Assembly: GCA_043228905.1 (NCBI GenBank)
Contig: JBHGNT010000021.1
Span: 12,028,001 to 12,092,000 of the forward strand
Length of the DNA: 64,000 bases
From: Azolla caroliniana
Taxonomy: Eukaryota > Plantae > Polypodiophyta
Reading direction: 5' to 3'
This document shows, in pieces, positions 23,601 to 35,751 of the stretch. A program made the position numbers and the translations under genes. Position 1 is the first letter of the stretch; each line of letters opens with the position of its first letter. A model generated the notes under the pieces. The model saw only the letters and a program-made list of their open reading frames with translations. It did not search any database and was not told the origin of the DNA.

Positions 23601-26600
23601 TCCTCCTGACGCACCCGTACCGACACACTACCTCTTCGATCAGGAACCGGCATACCGCCGCGGTTGTCTTGTTCTGCAGTGCACGGCCTTCCACCTGGTT
23701 CGTTTAGTCTTCCTGCGCAAGCACCAGGTAACGCATCTGTCCTACTCCCATCGGCATCATCACCAAGTCCACCATCCACTTGAAATGGACCGCAGGCGGG
23801 TAAGTCGGATGTAGCTCGTCCCGATGTCGGACTACGGAGATGCACGTCTTGGTACAGCCCCGGCCACCAGTACTTCTCCTTTAGCTTCTCAAATGTGGCC
23901 CACGTTCCGTGATGCCCGGCCTAGGGACTCTTGTGAAATGCCGCCAGTAGTTCCTCATGTTCTTCTTTCTTTGCCACTACTCGGAGCGGGATGTCGTTTC
24001 TTTTCTTTGGGTGCCTCCATATGCACCCGTCCCGTAGGAAGAATCGGTACGCCTTCTTCCGTACCCGGCTCGCCTCTTCTCTCGTCCACGCTGCGTCCGG
24101 CGTCATCGCTCGTAGGAACCTCCCAATTTGGAGCCACTCCCCGTCGTACCTGCTTTCGTCAAATTCGTTAAGCGCCGGAGTGTCCCCTTTCATCGTCGTC
24201 ACATTAGCCGACCCGAAGAAGTCCTCGCCGACTTCTTCGTCATCCGAAACCATGTCGTCTTCGTCGTTGAACCTTGCTCCCGAAAGCATGTCGGCCATGG
24301 CGTTATCCTTTCCGGAGATGTGCCGTATCTCTGGGTTCCGGGCCTTAATGTACGCTATCCACCGAAGCATTGCTAGGTCCGGCGTCGCGCATCAAGAAAC
24401 CATGCCGAGTATCGGCAGGCAGTCCGTCTCGATTGTTACCTCCGTCCCGATCAGGTAGTCCCTGTCGACCTTGACTGCCGAAACGATACCCCATAGTTCG
24501 CGCTTGACTTGGGCGTATCCTCACTGTCGCTCGCTCAATACCTTCGCCCCGAACCGGATCGGGTACCGTGCGCCGTCCTCGTCCTCCTGGTTGATCGCCC
24601 ACCCGATCCCGGTCGGGCTCGTGTCCACCGTTACGTAGATGGGGACCCCCTTACCGTAAACCGCTTTACGGAGAGCTAGCGCTACCGTAAGCGCCTCCTT
24701 TAGTCTCCGGCCCGACTCCGTGTGCTCCGTCCTCCACTCAAAGCTACGCCCCTTTTTCAATAGTTCGTAGAGGGGTTCCGCAACATGTGCGTAGTGCGGG
24801 ATCCAGATGTAGTAGAACGCGCATGCTCCCAAGAATCTGCGGACCTCTGTGACAGACCCGCAATCGTTCCTCATCGCGAAGATGGCCTCTACCTTTGCCG
24901 GAGACGGTTTCCTACCGTAAGGCCCGCACAGGTGTCCGACCACCAAGATCTCCGACTGCCCGAACGCCGATTTTTCTCCGGAGAAGGTGAGTTGTGCGCT
25001 TTCGAGCCTCTGCAGCACCTTCTCATAGTCATTGATGTGGTTCACGACGAACCTCCAGCATCCGTCTGGCCCAACAGTCTCGTCCGCATCATCCACCGGA
25101 CACCCCTTTATCGGGATGTCGTCCAAGAATGGCATGGTGATGTCCAGGATGTAGTCCCTAAGCACCTTGTTCATTGTGTTCACCATATGTGCCAACCAAT
25201 TCGTCCCACCTTGTGGTAGGGTACACATCTGTACTAGGCCGAGAGGGGTTCGCATCGTCGTGATATCCCTGCTCTCCACGACTAGCTGGAATTGGTCGTA
25301 CCCCGAGTATCAGTCACCAACCGAATAGATCGACCTTCCAGTGAAGGCCTCCGCGAACTCGTGTATGGTCGGTCCGATTCTTGCATTACAGATGGTCACC
25401 CTGTTGACCGGTTGCAGGTCCTGAATGAAGCGCAGCGTGCCTTTCTTCTTTGGCACCATAAACCACTGATTCGAATACGGGGCACTCGACGGTTCGAGGA
25501 TGCCCATCTCCACCTTTTGCTTCAAAAGCTCCATCAACTTCGGGATGTGAGCTCTCGGCACCGGAATCGGTTTGAGATTCCACGGTACATGCGGTACCGT
25601 GAAGATCACCATCGGTTCGACGATCGTCGGGTCCACACACCCGATCTCCTCCGACGAGAACACGAAGGCTTTCCCATGCCTTCCGAGCATTCTCTGAAAC
25701 TTGTCCTCCTCCGCCGGTAGTAGAAAGCCACCCCCACCGACCTTGAACTCCCGTAGCGTTATGTCAGTGAACCGGTGCCCTATGCCAGCCGGATTCCGTA
25801 AACTTGGGTCCGAGCGACCCCTTTTATCCGCTCCTCGCTGCCCTCCGGCAAGGGTGCCGCGACTGGCCTCACCTTCCGGTCCACAGTCTTGTACTTTGTA
25901 TCCACGCGGGCCGTCAAATCCGACCCGATCCTTTCCCCGAAGTCCGTGATGACTTCGTACATTCCCATCGAACTAACCGGAACGGTCCAATCTTCTCTAA
26001 GGTCTTCACCGATCACCTTTCGTAACTTGCCCAAGGTGTCATCAAAAGAGACCGCCTCCACGACGCCGTTCATTTCTTCGTCGGGGGAGAGGACTCTACA
26101 TCCCTTGAGCCGCTCCTCCGCTCACTTCCTCTCCCGGCCGCTGACGCCGACTATAGTACAACCTCCATTTTCGGAGAACCAAAACTTCCTACCTACTGTA
26201 CATGTGTGGGGTTCTTCCAGTACGTCTGGACTACTGCGGCCCCACGCCTTGATAGCCCTCTCTTAAAATCCCCTCGGCTGTCGCCGCCGAGGGTCTCGCG
26301 ATTCCTCTCATGGTTCGAACGTACGGTCATGAATTGGACGGAATGCCGACCGTCCTGGCTCTTGACGCACGCATACGCCGAACCGTTGTCCAGCACCTTG
26401 TTACCGGCCGGCAAAGAAGGCTTAAGGAGGTCCAAACCAAAGTGTGAAAGGAATAGTTATTCGGGAACTGTTGTAATTAGTAGTCTTATTATATACATAT
26501 TATTATATAAGAAGATGTGGACGGACGAACCGGAATCGGTATGCCGATCCGGATCCGGAACGATTCCGTAAAGGTGCCGGTTGGAACCGTTTTGTATTTC

Positions 26601-26868
26601 GCACCAGAGACCTATATAAAGGCCCGGTTACAATGTAATGAGGAGCGGATAATTAATAAAGCTTATTGTCTTAATCTTCAAGTGTTGATTACCGTTCTGT
26701 ATTTATTGTTATATCTTACGTGTGTTAATTACGGATGGCGAAGTAATTGATTAAGGTCTAATTAAGCGTTGTGCCGTAAGTCATTCTGCCGTACCACCCT
26801 TTGGTGATGTGTCTTAAGTGGACACCCTGTGTTAGGCTGTTGTCCGGCCCTAGCAATAACACAGTTTT

Positions 26869-26879
26869 TGGCGACCACG
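26869..26879 (+). promoter_or_regulatory. PBS of OTA-E (tRNA-Arg type, from recall)
   Basis: TGGCGACCACG 7 nt after the 5' LTR; same motif at 11394-11403. Confidence 0.75.
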
Positions 26880-26886
26880 TTCTAAT

Positions 26887-28341
26887 ATGCACCAGTTTCT
26901 GAGTACCGGATTGCCTCCGAAGGAGATGAACCGGGACAAGAGAAAATGCCTGGCGGTACAGAGCCGGCACTTCTGTTTATTACAGGACAAGCTATACCAC
27001 AAAGGTGCGGACGGTATCTGGCGACGAGCGGTGCGCAGCGACGAGAAGGAGGTAATACTACGGGAGGCACACTGCGGAGTTGCCGGAGGCCATTATGCCA
27101 GAGATACGACGGCAAGGAAAGTATGGCAAAGTGGCCTATGGTGGCCAACCACATTGAAAGATGCAGTCTGGTATGCGAAGGAGTGTGATCTATGCCAATG
27201 AATGGGTCAGCCAACGGAACAAGCTCGAATGCCACACCAGCCAGTCCTACCACTAGAACCATTCCAGAAATGGGGGCTGGATTTCGTCGGGCCATTTAAA
27301 CCACCAGCAATGAGAACCGGCAACCGGTACGTGATCGTCGCAACGGATTATTGCACTAAGTGGGTGGAAGCGAAAGCCCTACGAGACAACACCGCGGCGT
27401 CAATGGCGAAATTCTTATACGAATGCATTTGGTGCCGGTACGGATGCCCCATAGAGCTCATAAGCGACCAAGGAGGGCACTTTCTTGGGCAGGTTGTAGA
27501 AAGTTTGACGACGTTCTATGTGGTAGTACATAAACGAAGCACACCGTACTATCCGCAAGCAAATGGGTTAGCTGAGTCGACGAAGAAAACACTCGAGAAT
27601 ATCCTCCGGAATATCGTCAATGAAAATCGGACAAATTGGGACACAAAGCTACACAGTGCGCTCTGGGCTTACCGGATAGCGTATAAAACAAGCATCCGGA
27701 CAACACCGTTCTGGTTAGCATTCGGATTGGAGGCAGTCATGCCGATCGAGTTCTAGGTACCAAGCTTACGAATTCAGATTCGGGAACAATTCAATGAAAA
27801 GGAATCGGAGGCAATCCGGTTAAAGGCTCTGTGCGAACTGGAAGAACACCGACTGGCGAGCATTATGCACCTGGAATTGGAACAACGGAGACGGAAAGCA
27901 TTTGTAGATCGGCACCGGAAGGGAAACAAAAAGATGTTCAGGACCGGCAAGCCGGTACTCGTGTTCCAGACCCGGATGGGCAAAATGCCAGGTAAACTAC
28001 GGTTTAGATGGACCGGACCGTACTGGATCACACGCGAGTTCAATGGGTCCTACCAGTTGGGGACACTTGCCGGAGAAGTGCTAGGCAAATGGGTCAACGG
28101 ATTTAGACTAAAACCATACAAAGGACCTATGCGTAAGAACCCATTTGAACGAAGGGCCGCCACCGAATCAGACTCCGGCAAGCCAACCATAACGGCAACC
28201 AGTGAAGACGACGGCTACCACCAAGCCAGTAAGGAGGAGCATGAGACGGCAACCAAGGAGAGCAGAACAACGGCAAACCGTCAAGAGGCCGGGAAGTTGC
28301 ACGCTTCGGGCAAGGGTCTGACAGGACCGGAGAAAAACTAA
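26887..28341 (+). pseudogene. Gypsy integrase (HHCC zinc finger, DDE core, GPY/F motif) with in-frame stops
   Basis: AHCGVAGGH...CDLCQ, WGLDFVGP, ISDQG, QANGLAES, GKLRFRWTGPY. Stops at 27199 and 27754. Confidence 0.93.
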
Positions 28342-28743
28342 CCACAAAAGTAAGTTTCAAAAAAAAAAAGAGAAGGAGCGAATCAAATAAATCATGGAAA
28401 GGAGTGGTGGAAACGGCCATGCACATGAGGAGTAAAGAGGCACGTCGAAAAGGTACGAGGAGCTATGAATAGGACATTAAACCACCGCCACATGGCACGC
28501 AATGCTATTATAGTACACGACCTGCACATGCGGAGGCTCGAAAAAGGCGCCAAGATGCAGAGAGAAAAACCCCCACGCATTGAGACCTTCTCCTATCGTG
28601 AACCAAGGAGAACAGACGCAGAGCGACTCGTGAAGATAAATCGTAGAGAGCTCGCACACAGAGAACCCCCTCCCTCAGAACTTTCTCTCTCACACTCTCC
28701 CCAACATCAAACCTCGCCAACGCTCTCCGACCTCGACGCAGAG

Positions 28744-31526
28744 ATGGACTGCCAAACGTTGTCTGAAGCCGCCAAGAAATGGTTACGGCAGCACGGTCTG
28801 GAGGGTTTCTTAACGATCATGGAAGCGGCGCCACACAAGGAGGCCGAGATATAAAAGAAATCGACACGGAGGTGATCACGGAGGAGGCGATCCATGCATT
28901 AATAGGTCTTCCGAAGGGAGGTATCTACACGATCGACAATCCTACCTCCGAGCTTCTCATCAAATATTTCGGTGAGTACTCTCTAGCCAGCAAGGGCTAT
29001 AGGACACAGGGCGGCGAAGATATGCTATTCCGCGAAATTGCCCGTGTGCTCCACGAGTTCGGCCACGTGTACCCTCGACCCCCCGTCATGCCTCAAAACC
29101 GAGTAGGCTTGATCATCGCAATGTATGAAGGGGTCAAGGTAGATTGGCCGGTGTTGATCGCCGACGGGCTGTGTACGGCCATTGATATAGTAAGGGGAAA
29201 GGACGGCAAGGAAGGCCGGAAAATATGGCACGCAGTGACACAATGGCTCACCCTATTGGCGCCACCGGTCGAGCCCGTCCAAACCAAGAAGCAGGCAAGA
29301 GGAACGGACGGCACCCCGAAACCAGCTTCGAAACGGCAACAATTGTAGGCCTCCAAGGCCACTAAGGGGAAGACTGCCGAAGTAGAGAAGGCGGCGAAGG
29401 AGCACGCCAGCCGGAAGCGACCGACGGACACGCACGAGGAGACACCAGCACGGGCCTTGAAGAGCCCACTCCACCGACCGGCGCAATAGGAAATGGACAC
29501 CTTGACGGCAAGAATGAATGTCGGGACTCAGGCGGAAGAGATGGAGGAAGAACCCACAGAATACCTCCAGCGGTGGCCGGTGAAGAGCACCGCAGAATCA
29601 GCCGGGAAGCGTTCTGACCCACAGAAGGATGGAACACCTGCAACTCACGCTGAGCAACCCACGCCAAGGGAGGCACCGGAACCGGTGCGGATGGAACCAG
29701 TCACAGAAGTCCCGACACAACAGGCAGCACCGGCAAGCCCTATCACCCAAGAGCCGGAGATACAAAGGCCAACCGCCCCAGCCGGCCAAGAACAAGCAAA
29801 CAAGGGGCGACTAGCCGAAACACACTCAGAGCCGGAATGGCAAAGTGGTCAGCTGGCAGAACCAGAAGCGCAGCTTGACGCAGAAAGGTGGGACCAACCA
29901 CCGGCGAGTGAACCCATCAGCCAACTCTCCGTGCAAGCGCAACAACAGTGCACCGGCAGCCAATGGCTCCGGTGGATAGGAGACCAAATTGCCGGAGTAG
30001 TCGGATGCATAGAGGCGGAGGAAAGAGCGCAAACGGAACGGTTGCTCGTCACAACCAATGAACTGGAGACGGCCCGGTCAAGGATCCGGTGCCTAGAACA
30101 AGACTTGGATCGGATCACAGGAGATATGGCCAAAATGGCCTTAACCGCAACACAGATCCAAGCACCGGTGACTCCGGTGGATGTACAGAAGAATAAGACC
30201 CCAAAGACACAAACTGTCCCGAAGAAAGAGGCGGCACAAGCCCAAGAGCTTGCAGAATTACGAGATGAGCTCGCCGCACAAGAAGCATTACAGAGCCGCG
30301 AACGCGACTTGAAGAAGGCGGCCGAAGAAGAATTAAGAAAGACTGCTGAAAACCTTCGCCGGACAGAGGAAAACCTGCGTAAAGGACATCATCCTTATGA
30401 CCGGCTGAAGGAGGAAAAAGAGAAAGTGCTGCAAGAAAAAGACAAGCTGTGACGGATGGCGGAGACGGAAATAGAGTGGCTGAAGGAAGAGCTCCGTCAA
30501 CAGAAGGACAGGGAGGACCCCGCGCGCCGTTAGATCAACCAACGACTGAAGCAGAAGACCGATGATTTCGATCATCTGCATTGGGACTACAAGCAGCTGG
30601 AGACAGAGCATAAGCAACAACAGGAATGGATGGCCGAGCTCCGGCAAGAGGTTGATAGGGCCACAACGGCACTCGCCGAAGAACGAGCGGAAAGTTCCAG
30701 GCTATTGGAGGAAGCGGCGAATGACCGGATGGAGCTCCACAAACAGAACCATGAAGACAAGGAAAGAGCGACAATGGTACTACAGAGGTTGCAAACAACC
30801 TATCAAACTCAATTGTCGCATTATAGGGAGCAAGAGGCGGACACGGTTCGGATCATCAAGCAGTTGAAGGAAGAGCAACAAGCCGCAGAAAATAAATCAC
30901 AGATGGGAGCCGAACGGATCCAGTGCATCCTCCGGTCATGGCTCACTAAAACCAAAAGCTTGATTGATGACAGCTCTGTGCGTTGGTGGGCAAAATGGGC
31001 GCAGAATACAACGGAACTCCAATTGCTTAGGGCGGACATTGAAAACCGGCGAAAGGAGGGCGACGACTGCTATATGCTAACCTCGGAGGACTTCACCACC
31101 ATCAAGGATGAGCTGGTGGAAGATTTCACAACCCTAGTGGATGAACAATTGGTGCAGGTCTGGCAGCTCGTAGCTCAACTGGACGATGATCAGCTGGAGA
31201 CTCAAATCCAGTTCGAAAGCTATGAGCGATCCCGGCTCCAGGAAGAAAAAGCGCGAAAGGCGGCAACGGTCAACCTTAGTGATGAGGAACCGTCGCCAGT
31301 GCAAAGACCGGAGGGGGAACAGGCCGGGGTCAGTCAGCCACAAACAACTCCGACGGAGGAACCAATGACGGAAATGCCGGTGCCAGAGCGACAAACGGAG
31401 CCACAGCCACAAACATAGCAGCAGCCACAACCACAAACGGAACAACAGCAACAACAACAACAGATTCCCGACGAGCCATTGGAAATTTTGGAACAACGCA
31501 TTCTGGACATTTTGGACGAAGCGTAA
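28744..31526 (+). pseudogene. Extra sense ORF downstream of integrase (~925 codons): globular N-terminal domain, Pro/Glu-rich linker, long coiled coil
   Basis: ORFs 28779-29348, 29493-30452 and 30630-31418 share one frame separated only by point stops. One frameshift near 28850. Homologous relic in OTA-G. Confidence 0.8.
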
Positions 31527-31538
31527 AAGGGCCGAATA

Positions 31539-31578
31539 GTGGGTTCGACGTACAAGGTACTGTCCCACGGGCGTGCCA
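31539..31578 (+). other. tRNA-Arg 3'-end-like motif occupying the PPT position of OTA-E
   Basis: GTGGGTTCGA-CGTACAAGGTACT-GTCCCACGGGCGTGCCA, 2 nt before the 3' LTR. Confidence 0.8.
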
Positions 31579-34135
31579 TGTGTTACCGGCCGGCAAAGAA
31601 GGCTTAAGGAGGTCCAAACCAGAGTGTGAAAGGAATAGTTATTCGGGAACTGTTGTAATTAGTAGTCTTATTATATACATATTATTATATAAGAAGATGT
31701 GGACGGACGGACTGGAATCGGTATGCCGATCCGGATCCAGAACGATTCCGTAAAGGTGCCGGTTGGAACCGTTTTGTATTTCGCACCGGAGACCTATATA
31801 AAGGCCCGGTTACAATGTAATGAGGAGCGGATAATTAATAAAGCTTATTATCTTAATCTTCAAGTGTTGATTACCGTTCTGTATTTATTGTTATATCTTA
31901 CGCGTGTTAATTACGGATGGCTAAGTAATCGATTAAGGTCTAATTAAACGTTGTGCCATAAGTCATTCTGCCGTACCACCCTTTGGTGATGTGTCTTAAG
32001 TGGACACCCTGTGTTAGGCTGTTGTCCGTCCCTAGCAATAACACACCTTCGTCTCCATGCGTGTTGCCGTAATGTATGGCTCGCCGAGAATCACCGAGTG
32101 CGAGGATGTTTCCTACACGAAGAAATGTTGATCTACCTCGACATCACCGACCTTTACGCGTATATTCGGGCACGCACCATGCAGCTCCTCCGTAGCACGT
32201 GTCGCCGCGTGTATCTTCCACCCATGCTTGGTGTTGATTGGCCATTTACCCCTCTTGTAGAAATCCATGGACATCAGGTTGATTTCGGATCCATGGTCTA
32301 CCAAGGCCACCACCGGTTCCGGAACGTCGTCGATCCGCACAGGGGTTTCCGTAGTTGCCCTGGCCCAATGCGGCTTCGTGTAGTGGCTTCCCGCCAACTC
32401 ATCTTCTAGGTTCGTGTCTTCTATGTGCGTAGTCCGCACCTCCACCAGCTTCTCCGGTTCTGGCTCCGTCGAGAGCCTCTTCCGCTTCACCAAGTCTACA
32501 ATGGAGTCGTGGAACTCCCTCTTGGCGATTCCCAGCACCTCCCGCAACGACAACTCCACTTTACTGTCGAGGATCCACTCTTCAAGGACCTTCCATAGGT
32601 CCGTTGCTCTCTCGATTTCGGTGCTCAACCGAAACCCCGCCAGCTTCTTCCCATCCGGCGTGCTTGGGTTGCCGGCACCGGTTGGTTTCGGTCTGAACCG
32701 GGTCTCTTACCTCTACGGGGGACCGACCCCTCCGGCCTTCCCTACCCGTTTGTCTTCCACCAGAACCTTGTAGTTCTGGCAAGCGGCTTCTACGAAGCCC
32801 ATTTTCTCTTCGACCAGATCCTCCCATCCGGTGACCACCTGGACCCACTATTCCACGCGGTCCGCCTCTTCCTTCTTCATCCGAACTCCGGAGAGGCCTT
32901 CTAGCACCAGCGGCCAGAATCCGGAGTCCTTCGCCTTCCGGGTCTCATCACCCCCGACCCGAATCCCCGCCGACACTGAGTAGTTAACGGCTTCTACATG
33001 TCGTGTCGTGGCCTCCTCCATCAACCTCTTCATTCCGTCGCGCCCCGTATTCAGTTCTAGGGCTCTCCGGGTCTCGCTCGCGTGCACCCGCCCGTTCCAG
33101 AGGTACACCACGTTGGTCCTGAGTGCGTCAGCGAAATCCGTGCAATCCTTCCGAATGTGACCGATCGCGTCACACCAGATGCACCGCTGCCCAGCCGGCG
33201 GCTTCCGGTCGCGAGGTTGTTCGCCGCTGTCTCTCCGTGCGTGTGCGATCTGCGGGTCGCGTATCATCTGTGTCAGCTCCTCCAGAGCCGCTCCTCCGGA
33301 TGGGCCTCTGACCACGTCGTTCGATGCCGACCCTGACTCCAGCCAAATTCGGGTCTCTTCCTTCCTACCGGCTAGCACTGATACCGGCTCCTCGAGCCTC
33401 CTCGCCGGGACCGGCCCTGACCCCGACGAGCTTTCGTCGCTCCAATCGCGCCGCTTGTCGAAACAGCTACAGACCCGTTTTACCACGGCCCAGTCTATCG
33501 TGAGCCCTTCGTCCGTTACCAATAGGGGACCCACCTTTTCCCTGTCGAACGCGTCCACCGACTTGACAAACAGTAGTACTCAACTTGTTTCGAGCACGGT
33601 CCGGTCCAACGTCGACAGCCGCGCGAACCGTTTTTCGAACTCCTGGAGGAGCGCCGACGTGTTCCTCCCTTTTCCGGGGCTTTCCACCCATGCCATGAAG
33701 TCTCGCCTCGACAGCTGAAGCGAGTCGTCAAACCCGTACTTCTCGAGGAGCTGCAGCTCGAACTCCTCCCAAATCTGGCATCCGGCCAGCACCTCGAGCA
33801 CCTCCGCGTGGATGCTTGGCGTCACCACCCAAGGGAATCCGGACAGCCGCCTGTCCACCGGGATATCCCTCATGATCATTTTGGCCCGGTAAGCCTCCAA
33901 ATAACTTGTGGCGTCTTGCCGACGATCGATTCAATGGCTCTGTCGAGGGTACCCGTCCCCTCATGAGCACTTACCAGCCGGTCGACGGCTACCGTCATTG
34001 CCTCTGCTAGCTCCGATCCCCTCATCTTTCCACTCCTTTGCCGCGTTTTCACATCGGGTTCACCAATGATGTCGCGTTGTTACGCGTGTGCGTGTAGAAA
34101 GAGGCGGGACAAGAGGGGCCTTGAACCAAGGAGCG

Positions 34136-34190
<55 letters not shown>

Positions 34191-34779
34191 AAGAGAAGAG
34201 AAGAGAAGAGAAGGTTCGCAGATACGCAAAAGGGAGAAGGAAAGAGAAAGAAACGACACACTTAATTACAGTAACAGTCGATTACAATATCTAGAGATTG
34301 CAAACTCTGACGAATACAACCGGCAAGGCGGCGATGGACCCGACACGGGGATCCTACTCACACACACAAACAGAACACATTCGACTCAAAGAAACAGAAA
34401 GGGGAGAGCCTCTGCTGGAAGCACACGGGTTGTCCATGAAGCAGAGGCAGCGAACTCCCGACACCCACAGAGACCGACGATCGGAGGAGAAGAGAGAGCT
34501 CGACACTCAGATCTGCACAAATCCCCTAATAAATGTGTACTACCTAGTATTTACATCAGCCGACCTAATTACGAATTATGTACAAAATATCAATTCTCGC
34601 GTCCACCCATGTAAGAGCTGGTTCATGCGCCTTTTTCTCTGATTCCGCCCATGGCCGGTTTTCTTCACGACATCGTCTCCTCCACCGGTTCGACCAATTA
34701 ACGGACGAGACAGAGGCAAGGATCACCGCCCTCAACACGTTGTGCAAGATCATCAAAATCAAACTGCAGCGGGAGGCGG

Positions 34780-35096
34780 CTTTCTCCCTAGTCAAAACCA
34801 CTTTATTCCATGTCCCTTTCGACAGAGATACGCACAAATCCCCTAATAAATGTGTACTACCTAGTATTTACATCAGCCGACCTAATTATGAATTATGTAC
34901 AAAATATCAATTCTCGTGTCCACCCATGTAAGAGCTGGTTCATGCGCCTTTTTCTCTGATTCCGCCCATGGCCGGTTTTCTGCACGACATCGTCTCCTCC
35001 ACCGGTTCGACCAATTAACGGACGAGACAGAGGCAAGGATCACCGCCCTCAACACGTTGTGCAAGATCATCAAAATCAAACTGCAGCGGGAGGCGG
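34780..35096 (+). repeat. 317-bp tandem duplication spanning the Gy-C LTR/host junction
   Basis: The LTR end plus flanking OTA-G sequence occurs twice (ending 34779 and 35096). Confidence 0.92.
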
Positions 35097-35710
35097 AAGA
35101 AGCTAAAAGAGAAACGATCACCCTCCAAGACAAATACGACATGCGTGAGGAATGAATCCATGCCTTGGTGGTCAAACAATGGTAGAAGCTCAACTGGAAG
35201 GTTGAAGAAACTCTCGCCAGCAACTAGAAGGAATGGTCGACCCAAGCAGTCGAACTCCAAGTTTTACGGGCTGACGCCGAAAACCGGAAGAAAGAAGGCC
35301 GCAGGTTCTATAAAATGGATGAAAATAGCATACAAATGGTCCAAGAAGACCTCACCGAGGATTTCCAAGCCTTGGCAAAATCGCACACCACGACAATCGA
35401 AAGCCTCCTCAAGGAATTCAGCGACGACCAATTGTAGCTGATGCTTGAAACCGAACAGGCATTCACAGAAATGGCACGGCAACCAGACCACGAAGAGGAA
35501 GCCCCTACTCCACCAGCCATGAGGACAGATATCGACCACGAGCCGGATTTCTCAGTTGAGCAGACCCAACAGAACGAGTAGGAACCTGCTATCTTGGCAG
35601 CTATAACGGAGGAACCAACTATGCAACCAACCCCCGAAGGCATCCTCGACATTTTGACAGAGGAATGAGTGTATCATGAAAAAGTTGAGAATCTCTTTTT
35701 TTCGATTATG

Positions 35711-35751
35711 GTGGGTTCGACGTGCGAAGGCACTGTCCCACGGGCGGGCCA
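35711..35751 (+). other. tRNA-Arg 3'-end-like motif occupying the PPT position of OTA-G
   Basis: GTGGGTTCGA-CGTGCGAAGGCACT-GTCCCACGGGCGGGCCA, 2 nt before the 3' LTR. Confidence 0.75.

Larger units (their letters stand above)
26399..32043 (+). mobile_element. Internally deleted OTA(Athila/Tat)-like gypsy element OTA-E: LTR-PBS-integrase-extra ORF-LTR
   Basis: 463-bp LTRs 26399-26861 and 31581-32043 (about 12 mismatches counted by eye). TSD CACCT (26394-26398, 32044-32048). TATATAAA at 26613 followed by AATAAA on the plus strand. No gag, PR, RT or RNase H. Confidence 0.93.
22180..34672 (-). mobile_element. Near full-length decayed Ty3/gypsy element Gy-C (same family as Gy-A), interrupted by OTA-E
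   Basis: 5' LTR 34070-34672 and 3' LTR 22180-22771 (outer end lost). tRNA-Trp-type PBS 34051-34065, PPT-like GGTTTGGTGGGGGTGGA 22772-22788. gag, PR, RT, RNase H and integrase (ADRGE, NGKVERGH, GPY) fragments in gypsy order. Confidence 0.93.

Noticed and set aside
31539-31578. tRNA gene or tRNA-derived SINE
   Set aside because: No 5' half, A box, anticodon arm or acceptor 5' strand, and no tail or TSD of its own. It carries an encoded CCA and is fixed 2 nt from an LTR, so it is treated as a cis element.
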